Origin: Candidatus Falkowbacteria bacterium
GTDB taxonomy: Bacteria; Patescibacteriota; Patescibacteriia; Patescibacteriales; UBA12465
Direction: 5' to 3'
Assembly: GCA_037137655.1 (NCBI GenBank)
Contig: JBAXJX010000001.1
Coordinates: 225,188-289,187 of the forward strand
DNA length: 64,000 bases
Numbering within the stretch: the first letter of the stretch is position 1; each line of letters opens with the position of its first letter. The notes under the pieces are model-generated. The model was not told where the DNA came from and searched no databases. It was given only the letters and a program-made list of their open reading frames with translations. Made by a program: the position numbers and the translations under genes. This document shows, in pieces, positions 18,134 through 25,309 of the stretch.

Positions 18134-19075
18134 ATGGAAAAAGATACAAAAATATTTGTGGCCGGACATCGTGGTTTGGTTGGTTCAGCAATTGTGCGCC
18201 AACTACAGGCGCAAGGATTTAATAATTTAGTTTTAAAAACTAGAGCTGAATTAGATTTGTTAAATCAAGCGGCAGTGGATACTTTTTTTAAAGATGAAAA
18301 TATTGCTTATGTCTTTTTGGCAGCAGCCAAAGTTGGTGGCATTATGGCTAATCGGGAACAGCCAGCCGATTTTATTTATGAAAATCTACAAATTCAAAAT
18401 AATATAATTGCAGCGGCTTATAAATATAAAATTAAAAAATTATTATTTTTAGGATCTTCTTGTATTTATCCACGCGATTGCGCTCAACCGATTAAGGAAG
18501 AATATTTAATGACCGGGGAATTAGAATCAACTAATGACGCTTATGCTTTGGCTAAGATTGCGGGTATTAAAATGTGCCAAAGTTTTAATAAACAATATGG
18601 CACCAATTTTATTTCGGTCATGCCGACAAATTTGTATGGCCCGCAGGATAATTTTGATTTAGTTAGTAGTCATGTTTTACCGGCTTTAATCCGTCGTTTT
18701 TATGAAGCCAAGAAAAATAATTTAAGTGCTTTAACTTTGTGGGGTAGCGGCGTGGCGAAGCGTGAATTTTTACATGTGGATGATTTGGCTGAGGCGGTGA
18801 TTTATTTGATGAATAATTATGATGATGGCGCGATTGTAAATATTGGCACGGGTGAAGATCTAAGTATTAAAGATTTGGCTTTAAAAATTAAAAAGCTAAT
18901 CGGCTATGACGGTGAAATTATTTGGGATACAACCAAGCCTGATGGAACACCGCGTAAGTTGTTGGATGTGGCTAAAATAAATAGTTTAGGTTGGAAATAT
19001 AAAATTGCTTTGGATGATGGTTTAAAAACAACGATTAGTTGGTTTGAGAAAAATTATGATAATATTATCAAGTAG
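18134..19075 (+). CDS. fcl: GDP-L-fucose synthase (GDP-4-keto-6-deoxymannose epimerase/reductase)
   Basis: VAGHRGLVGSA, SSCIYP and YALAKIAG motifs. Follows gmd. Confidence 0.9.
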   Translation: MEKDTKIFVAGHRGLVGSAIVRQLQAQGFNNLVLKTRAELDLLNQAAVDTFFKDENIAYVFLAAAKVGGIMANREQPADFIYENLQIQNNIIAAAYKYKIKKLLFLGSSCIYPRDCAQPIKEEYLMTGELESTNDAYALAKIAGIKMCQSFNKQYGTNFISVMPTNLYGPQDNFDLVSSHVLPALIRRFYEAKKNNLSALTLWGSGVAKREFLHVDDLAEAVIYLMNNYDDGAIVNIGTGEDLSIKDLALKIKKLIGYDGEIIWDTTKPDGTPRKLLDVAKINSLGWKYKIALDDGLKTTISWFEKNYDNIIK

Positions 19076-19098
19076 AATAAAACGCTAATTATAATCTT

Positions 19099-19473
19099 AT
19101 GACTTTATATATTGATACAGCTGGCGGGGAAGAAATATTTTTATCATTGTCTCGTGGCGATATAGAGATTGACGCGATTCGATTTGCGGCACGCCATGAA
19201 CAAGCGGAAAAATTATTGCCGGCGATTGAAAAAATACTGAAGAAAAATAAAAGTAAATTGTCTAGTTTAAAAGCTATTGCCGTTAATAATACTGGCGATA
19301 GTTTTACGGCGCTACGTATCGGAGTGGTCACGGCTAATGCTTTGGCATTTGCTTTGAATATTTCCGTGAGCATTAAAATTCCAGAGGGCGAAGTTGCACC
19401 CGATTCTGTTAAAAAATTTAAGAACTTCTCGGTGGTAAAACCATTTTACAATCGTGAACCAAACATCGGCTAA
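19099..19473 (+). CDS. tsaB: TsaB/YeaZ-like protein, N-terminal half only
   Basis: IDTAGGE..., LLPAIEKIL and IAVNNTGDSFTALRIGV correspond to the TsaB N-domain (degenerate GPGSFTGLRIG). 124 aa versus about 230 in model TsaB. Confidence 0.6.
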   Translation: MTLYIDTAGGEEIFLSLSRGDIEIDAIRFAARHEQAEKLLPAIEKILKKNKSKLSSLKAIAVNNTGDSFTALRIGVVTANALAFALNISVSIKIPEGEVAPDSVKKFKNFSVVKPFYNREPNIG

Positions 19474-19474
19474 T

Positions 19475-20971
19475 ATGAAAAAAATAATTATTCCCATTTC
19501 CATATTTTTCTTAGCACTTAGTTTTTATTTCGCGCCAAGTGCTCAAGCAGCTGATTTGCGTGGTCGGATTTTGTTACAAGTCCAAAGCCACGGTGAGGCT
19601 TGGTATATTAATCCAGGTGACGCTAAACGTTATTATCTCGGCACAGCTACTCAGGCTTATAGTGTGATGCGCCAATTGGGCCTGGGAATTTCTAATAAAG
19701 ATTTTTATGCGGCGGCGGTAAAAATGCCGAGTCGTTTGGCGGGTAAAATATTAATTAAAGTGGAAGATTCTGGTCGAGCTTATTATGTTGATCCGCTAAA
19801 TCTAAAAATGTATTACCTGGGTAAACCAGCTGATGCTTATGAAGTGATGCGCTCACGAGGCTTAGGTATTACTAATGCTAATTTAAATTTAATTGCTATT
19901 GCGCCGTCATCCGCTCGTCCGATTGCCACTATTACTGTTCCGGTTAATACTAACAATACAAATCCACCAGTGGTCCTTAATGCTGATCAAAAGCTGACGC
20001 ACTTCACTTGGAAATATAATTCTAAAGATTATTATTTAGATGAAATTTTTAGTAATGCAACTTACAATAGTTATGTGAACACACCTAAATCTCTGTCGTA
20101 TAGCAGTAATAATCCGCCAGCCAATATGCGCGACGCTTTTTATGCGATGCTCATTGCACAAAAATCCGGGGACAATACTTTGCCTAATGTCATTAACGAT
20201 TTGAAGTCCTTGGCTGCTAAAGATTCAATCTCGGGCGATAAATTAGTTGATTTTATCATGGCCTTTGTTCAATACATTCCTTACGACACAAGTAAGACTA
20301 ATACGAGTCAGCCAAATTTTATTTATGAAACTTTGTATAAAAATTCCGGTATCTGTTCCGATAAAACTTTTTTAAGCGTGGCGATTTTGCGCGACCTGGG
20401 TTATGGTGCGGCCATTTTTGATTATCCTGATCAAAAACATTCCGCGGCCGCAGTGGAATGTCCAAATGATAAATCAACTTATGGTTCTGGTTATTGTTAT
20501 ATTGAAACCACTAACTATTTTCCGATTGGCACTTTACCGCAAGTGGTGAGTTCTAATTCTTCCGCTAGTCACCCAACTCAAATTGAAGACGTTTTTAAAA
20601 CTGGCGGTTTTACGACTTTAGAAAAATATCAAATGACCGGCGGTGCGACGTATAACGGAATTACTGACACGATGAACCGGGCGGCGGCGATTACTAGTAT
20701 GCGCAATAATATTTTAAGCTCTCAGATAGCGTTAACAACAATTAAGGCTGATATTGATACAGCTTCAGCTGATTTAGCGACCATGCAAGCGCAAATGCAA
20801 GCTTATCGTGATGCTGGTAATTCGACAGCTTATAATGCTCTAGTACCGCAATACAATGCTAAGGTGGCAATCTACAATGCCAAGGTGGCTGACCAAAAGT
20901 TAAAAATAGATCTTTATAACGGTTTTGTTAATGATTACAACAAAGCTTTGAGTGGTTTTTTTCAAAAATAA
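19475..20971 (+). CDS. secreted protein: 2x ~50-aa CPR-type module, transglutaminase-like Cys-protease core, C-terminal coiled coil
   Basis: Signal peptide MKKIIIPISIFFLALSFYFAPSAQA. Repeats GRILLQVQSHGEAWYINP.. and GKILIKVEDSGRAYYVDP... NSGICSDKTFLSVAILRDLGYGA...HSAAAVEC resembles a transglutaminase-like core. Confidence 0.65.
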   Translation: MKKIIIPISIFFLALSFYFAPSAQAADLRGRILLQVQSHGEAWYINPGDAKRYYLGTATQAYSVMRQLGLGISNKDFYAAAVKMPSRLAGKILIKVEDSGRAYYVDPLNLKMYYLGKPADAYEVMRSRGLGITNANLNLIAIAPSSARPIATITVPVNTNNTNPPVVLNADQKLTHFTWKYNSKDYYLDEIFSNATYNSYVNTPKSLSYSSNNPPANMRDAFYAMLIAQKSGDNTLPNVINDLKSLAAKDSISGDKLVDFIMAFVQYIPYDTSKTNTSQPNFIYETLYKNSGICSDKTFLSVAILRDLGYGAAIFDYPDQKHSAAAVECPNDKSTYGSGYCYIETTNYFPIGTLPQVVSSNSSASHPTQIEDVFKTGGFTTLEKYQMTGGATYNGITDTMNRAAAITSMRNNILSSQIALTTIKADIDTASADLATMQAQMQAYRDAGNSTAYNALVPQYNAKVAIYNAKVADQKLKIDLYNGFVNDYNKALSGFFQK

Positions 20972-20990
20972 TTATTAAAATAAAAAATAT

Positions 20991-21590
20991 ATGGCGATTG
21001 AATACGAGGCAACTTTTCCTGATATTGATAAAGATGAAATAAAAAAACGATTGAAAAAAGCTGGGGCTGTTTTGGTTCATGCTGAAGTTTTGCAAAAAAG
21101 AAGTAATTTTTATCCGCCACAAAATAATGATAAAGATTCTTGGGTGAGAGTTAGGGATGAAGGCGATGGAATTATTACTATGAGTTTTAAAACTGTTCCG
21201 GACAAAACGGAAAATATTAGCGATCAAAAAGAAATTTGTTTGAAAGTCGATAATTTTGCGGAAGCTAAAATTTTTTTGCTATCTCTCGGATGTTCGGAAA
21301 AAAGTTATCAAGAAACAAAAAGGGAAGCGTGGAAATTGGATGGCGCCGAAATTACTCTTGATGAGTGGCCGTTCCTTTTGCCATTTGTGGAAATAGAATC
21401 TAATTCCGAAGAGAACGTTAAAAATGTTTCCGAAAAATTAAACTTTAATTATCAAGATGCTTTGTTTTGTAATGTTTTTTATCTTTACAGTCAACAATAT
21501 AAAATTTCAGTGGAGGAATTAAAAAAAATGGTCTCAACGGAATTGAGTCGATTGACGTTTGATAGCGACAATCCGTTTATAATAAAATAA
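20991..21590 (+). CDS. CYTH-domain protein (CyaB/thiamine-triphosphatase-like)
   Basis: N-terminal IEYEATF (ExExK-like), VRVRDEG..ITMSFKT and EITLDEWPFLLPFVEIE fit the CYTH fold pattern. Confidence 0.55.
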   Translation: MAIEYEATFPDIDKDEIKKRLKKAGAVLVHAEVLQKRSNFYPPQNNDKDSWVRVRDEGDGIITMSFKTVPDKTENISDQKEICLKVDNFAEAKIFLLSLGCSEKSYQETKREAWKLDGAEITLDEWPFLLPFVEIESNSEENVKNVSEKLNFNYQDALFCNVFYLYSQQYKISVEELKKMVSTELSRLTFDSDNPFIIK

Positions 21591-21598
21591 GCGCCTTT

Positions 21599-22441
21599 TT
21601 ATTTCCCCAATTTCTTCTGACTCTGCGGTTCATCTAAATAATTATCACGACTAATTACTTTTTTACCAATACGTTTTTCTAGCTCCTTTCGGGCATGGCC
21701 AGCAATATTACCACCTTTCTTGGCAACCTGGCGATTCTCTGTAAAAGTTTCCGGTTGTTCCACTTCGGATATTTTGGTGGTTGAGACCTCAGCTAACATA
21801 TTTAAAACTAACTCTAAATTAGTCATGTTGTCGCGCAGACTTTCTTTCTTTAAGTTTTTTAAATCTTTATAATCTTTGATTTTTAATCCCGCCCAAGCAA
21901 AAGTAATATCATCGGTTAAAATAGCAAATTCATTGACAGTTTTTATTCCCCGATTAACCCACTCATTAGTTAAATCTTTTCTAATCTCAATACCCTTTAA
22001 CCTTAAATTAACCCATTCCGGGGAATAGCCTTTTTTAAGATAAGTATTTAACGATCTTTGAATAGCTAATTCCGGATCATGTACTTCTTCCACTCGTTCA
22101 TAGCCAACTCGCGCCAACCACAGCTTAAATGGCTCAGCGTTGGGTGAGGGAATTGATTGAATTAAACGAAAGATGGTTTCGGTGTCGGCCATGTCGGTTA
22201 AATAAAATTTTCCGTCAGATGCTTGCATTTTCAGTTGGTCACATTTTGTGACGACCTCACTCCCCTCGGTTTTTAGACGATTTTTTAAAGTCGTCCAGTA
22301 ACTTTGTGACTTTTTATGATCCGCTTGATGAATTAGTGCACCAACCACATCCACCACCGAAAAATACCATTTTTCTTGTTTTTCATCCCAAAGTCGACGG
22401 ATTTTGTGATCGGAGAAAAAAGCTAATTTTTTAGAGTCCAT
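21599..22441 (-). CDS. Bro-N / DinD-like (DNA-damage-inducible protein D family) protein
   Basis: FFSDHKIRRLWDEKQEKWYFSVVDVVGAL.. is a Bro-N-type N-domain, and the rest resembles DinD. Start moved to 22441 (MDSKK; alternative 22453) because the track extension runs over promoter P3. Confidence 0.65.
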   Translation of the reverse strand: MDSKKLAFFSDHKIRRLWDEKQEKWYFSVVDVVGALIHQADHKKSQSYWTTLKNRLKTEGSEVVTKCDQLKMQASDGKFYLTDMADTETIFRLIQSIPSPNAEPFKLWLARVGYERVEEVHDPELAIQRSLNTYLKKGYSPEWVNLRLKGIEIRKDLTNEWVNRGIKTVNEFAILTDDITFAWAGLKIKDYKDLKNLKKESLRDNMTNLELVLNMLAEVSTTKISEVEQPETFTENRQVAKKGGNIAGHARKELEKRIGKKVISRDNYLDEPQSQKKLGK

Positions 22442-22529
22442 AATTATATTCATTAATTGTAAATGATTATAATTATGCCAAAAGCGAGATAAATTTTTTA
22501 TAAACAAAAAATGACAAAAATCGCTAGTA

Positions 22530-22558
22530 TTGACTTTTTGGCTAAAGTGTGCTACAAT
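22530..22558 (+). promoter_or_regulatory. promoter P3 (TTGACT-N17-TGcTACAAT family) of the DGR target gene
   Basis: ttgactttttggctaaagtgtgctacaat, with the upstream tcgcta..tattgac also shared with P1. Confidence 0.6.
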
Positions 22559-22641
22559 TGGTTTATTAATCAAAGAGTGATTAATCCTCAATCTTCCGGG
22601 AAGTGAAGAAACGTTTTTTTACAACAAAAATACTTATTGTC

Positions 22642-23301
22642 ATGGCACAAAAATTTAATGTCACCGGCGACCAACATTTCGGACTTACAGGACAAATGCT
22701 CGAAATTCAACGTCAAATTCGTCTAAACGGCGGTAGTCCAATCAATCCAGAATTAGTTAAAATTGCTTTACAAAATATTATTGAAGGCAAATTTAATACT
22801 TCTGAATCTCCGATTAAAAATTATATTCTCCGTCCATTAATTTTGGATGAAACTATGCTTATCGAAGATATTGTTAATAGCGAAGTAAGTATTGCCAAAG
22901 CTAAAGCTACCTTCAAATCGCATATCGACGACAATTTTAAAAATTGGGGACTCGATAAGTCAAGTGTTGATACTGCAGAAATTAACGTCAAACCATTTGA
23001 GCTAATCGCTAATGCTAAGTTCGCTGAAATATTTACTTCATTTTCTAACGATTTAGACGAGTTGTGTTTTACTCAAGCGCAAATTATTCGCTTCTGTGAA
23101 AAATACCCACGTCAACTTCGTCAAGATGGCAATGCTAACTTTTTCTTAATGAAAGAGAATGATGAATATTTCGTGGTTAGCGTGGGCGTGGGTTCCGGCG
23201 GCCTCGGCGTGCATGTCCGTCGTTTCGACAGTGGCAATGTCTGGGATGCTGCGTACTTGCATGGCGTTTTCGTTCCGGCAACTTGTACCTTGAAAGCTTA
23301 G
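22642..23301 (+). CDS. DGR variable (target) protein
   Basis: The C-terminal ~38 codons are the VR. ATG at 22642 (MAQKFNV) preferred over GTG at 22603. No signal peptide or TM segment seen, and the N-terminal domain is unrecognised. Confidence 0.85.
   Translation: MAQKFNVTGDQHFGLTGQMLEIQRQIRLNGGSPINPELVKIALQNIIEGKFNTSESPIKNYILRPLILDETMLIEDIVNSEVSIAKAKATFKSHIDDNFKNWGLDKSSVDTAEINVKPFELIANAKFAEIFTSFSNDLDELCFTQAQIIRFCEKYPRQLRQDGNANFFLMKENDEYFVVSVGVGSGGLGVHVRRFDSGNVWDAAYLHGVFVPATCTLKA
23169..23284 (+). repeat. DGR variable repeat (VR)
   Basis: Gap-free alignment to 23608-23723 at offset 439, with 15 mismatches at TR adenines and one C/G mismatch (VR 23263 G versus TR 23702 C). Confidence 0.85.
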
Positions 23302-23325
23302 TCTTTTGAAACTTTATTCCTTGGT

Positions 23326-23373
23326 CCCTTGGATTTTTAGAACTTAATGTTCTTGAAATTCGAGGGATTTTTT
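23326..23373 (+). terminator. long hairpin plus T-run downstream of VR (target-gene terminator)
   Basis: CCCTTGGATTTTTAGAAC-ttaat-GTTCTTGAAATTCGAGGG, 18 stem positions with 1 mismatch and 3 G-U pairs, followed by ATTTTTT. Confidence 0.6.
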
Positions 23374-23607
23374 ATTATAATAAAACTGTAGTTTTGGATA
23401 ATTCGTCGGTCATGGCTGGCGGGTCAAAACTATTTAAAAATATTTTCGAGATTTTCATCGGTTACGGCTAATGAAAGAGGGAAAGTATTTTTAACAAAAA
23501 AACATAAGTTGGTATGGAGTGCTGGCGGACTTTTAAGTCTCGAATAATATTCAGCCATTTCTTTTTTTGGTCAGAGTGGCGGTGATTCTTGATGGCATTT
23601 CATATAG

Positions 23608-23723
23608 TTTCGTGGTTAACGTGAACGTGAATTCCGACGGCCTCAACGTGAATGTCAATCGTTTCGACAATGACAATATCTGGAATGCTGCGTACTTGCA
23701 TCGCGTTTTCGTTCCGGCAACTT
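23608..23723 (+). repeat. DGR template repeat (TR)
   Basis: Non-coding copy of the VR, rich in AAC/AAT codons in the VR frame (9 AAY). 26 adenines by hand count. Homology may extend weakly to 23730. Confidence 0.85.
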
Positions 23724-24108
23724 ACAAATTTCTCCCTCGCTCACGCGGGGGAGTTTTGTTTTCCAAACCTTTTTTCCATCCGCCCAACATGCGCCCGATT
23801 TCATCCAGTTTTTCCGATAGCTCGGAATATTTTACATTGGCCACACATTTATTTTCCCAAGCTAGTTGCAGAAAAAATTTGAGACTGTCGAGTTTTAAAA
23901 TCGCGAGTGATAATTGGTTTGACTTTTTGTCACCAGCGAGATAAATTGTAATGAAAATATTTTCCAGAAGTGCTAGAAAATTTGTTTCAATTTTCCCGCC
24001 CAAATTATAGCGATAGACTTTGGGAAAATCAGCCAGCAACCCAAACCAAAAACTATAAGCTTCTTTGGCCTTTAATAGCACGACCGGTGAAGAGATACTT
24101 GTGCTCAT
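23722..24108 (-). CDS. avd: Avd-like accessory variability determinant (four-helix bundle)
   Basis: LAGDKKSNQLSLAILKLDSLKFFLQLAWE...LSEKLDEIGRMLGGWKK parallels Bordetella phage Avd as I recall it (VAGKSNQVSKLYAADAGLAMLRFWLRFLA...AEVGRILGSWI). Encoded opposite to TR and RT. Confidence 0.8.
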   Translation of the reverse strand: MSTSISSPVVLLKAKEAYSFWFGLLADFPKVYRYNLGGKIETNFLALLENIFITIYLAGDKKSNQLSLAILKLDSLKFFLQLAWENKCVANVKYSELSEKLDEIGRMLGGWKKGLENKTPPRERGRNL

Positions 24109-24116
24109 AAAGATAA

Positions 24117-25112
24117 ATGAAAAAATTTACTAAAACTTATCAAGAAATTATGACTGTGCCGAATTTACTTCGAGCTTGGGAAGAATTTTTGTCCGGTAAG
24201 AAAAAACGGCGCGATGTGCTTATTTTTCAAGGTCAGTTAATGAATAATATTCTGGCGCTTTTTTATAGTTTGAAATCCAAAACTTATTGCCACGCCGGTT
24301 ATCAAGCTTTTAAAATTTCCGACCCAAAACCGCGCGATATTCATAAGGCGACGGTGCGTGATCGTTTGCTCCATCATCTGCTCTATCAAGAAATGTACGA
24401 TTATTTTGATCGGCAATTTATTAATGATTCTTATTCTTGTCGTTTTAATAAAGGCACGCATCGAGCGATTTATCGTTTGGCGGAATTTGCCGGCCGCGTT
24501 TCTGTAAATAATAGAAAAACAGTCTGGATTTTGAAATGTGATATTCGAAAATTTTTTGCCAGTATTGATCATAAAGTTTTAAAAAATATTTTAGCCAGAT
24601 ATATTCTTGATCAAGATTTGTTGTGGTTATTCGGACAAGTAATTGATAGTTTTAATACGACCGATAAAATTGGCGTCGGCTTGCCACTCGGAAATTTAAC
24701 TTCACAACTTTTAGTTAATGTTTATATGAACGAATTTGATCAATTTGTGAAACGGGATTTAAAAGTTAAATATTATATTCGTTATGCCGATGATTTTGTT
24801 TTTTTAAGTCCGGATAAAAATTACTTAATTAATTTGCGCTCGCAACTGGATAAGTTCTTGAACGATGAACTAAAATTAACGATGCATCCCAAAAAAGTTT
24901 TTCTGACTACTTTGAATAGCGGAGTTGATTTCTTGGGTTGGGTAAATTTTACTGATCATCGGGTTTTGCGCACTAAAACTAAACGCCGAATGTTGGTCAG
25001 GATTACTAAAAGCAATAAATTGGCGACGCGAGCAGCTTATGCAGCGATGTTGAAACATGGTAATGCTTATAAATTAAGTCAAAGAGCGAAATTGATTAAC
25101 AAAGAACAATAG
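24117..25112 (+). CDS. DGR reverse transcriptase
   Basis: RT domain blocks (PRDIHKATVRDRLLHH, SYSCRFNKGTH, DIRKFFASIDH, LPLGNLTSQLLVNVYMNEFD, YIRYADDFVF). The GxxxSQ motif is DGR-type rather than retron or group II intron. Confidence 0.9.
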   Translation: MKKFTKTYQEIMTVPNLLRAWEEFLSGKKKRRDVLIFQGQLMNNILALFYSLKSKTYCHAGYQAFKISDPKPRDIHKATVRDRLLHHLLYQEMYDYFDRQFINDSYSCRFNKGTHRAIYRLAEFAGRVSVNNRKTVWILKCDIRKFFASIDHKVLKNILARYILDQDLLWLFGQVIDSFNTTDKIGVGLPLGNLTSQLLVNVYMNEFDQFVKRDLKVKYYIRYADDFVFLSPDKNYLINLRSQLDKFLNDELKLTMHPKKVFLTTLNSGVDFLGWVNFTDHRVLRTKTKRRMLVRITKSNKLATRAAYAAMLKHGNAYKLSQRAKLINKEQ

Positions 25113-25155
25113 CATTTTTTTAATATTTTGGCAAGCGCTATTATTAGTAAAATCA

Positions 25156-25184
25156 TTGACACTGCTCACAATTTGTTATATTAT
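25156..25184 (+). promoter_or_regulatory. sigma70-type promoter for rpsB-tsf
   Basis: TTGACA (25156-25161)-N17-TATTAT (25179-25184), followed by a ~120-nt leader containing small hairpins. Confidence 0.55.
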
Positions 25185-25309
25185 TACATCTAGAGACCTT
25201 TAGATCTCTATTTTATTTATTAAAAAATCACACTTTCTATTTTTCTTGGCTAATTTTAGCCTGATTGAGAGTGGTAGCTCGCCTTTGAGCGGGGTAAAAA
25301 GAAAAAACT

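Larger units (their letters stand above)
22530..25112 (+). mobile_element. diversity-generating retroelement (DGR): target gene with VR, TR, inverted avd, RT
   Basis: A TR/VR pair with adenine-specific mismatches, an RT with YADD and LGNLTSQ motifs, and an Avd-like four-helix protein. See the component features. Confidence 0.9.

Noticed and set aside
22454-22591. Long N-terminal extension of the Bro-N/DinD-like ORF (track start 22591)
   Set aside because: The extension runs across promoter P3 and the AT-rich intergenic sequence. The conserved Bro-N domain begins right after the internal MDSKK start.
23567-23944. 125-aa plus-strand ORF (with the nested ORF 23652..23882) covering TR and the antisense of avd
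   Set aside because: Its only protein-like part is the TR read in the VR frame (VVNVNVNSDGLNVNVNRFDNDN..). The rest is low-quality sequence antisense to a well-supported Avd-like ORF. It is best explained as the non-coding TR region.
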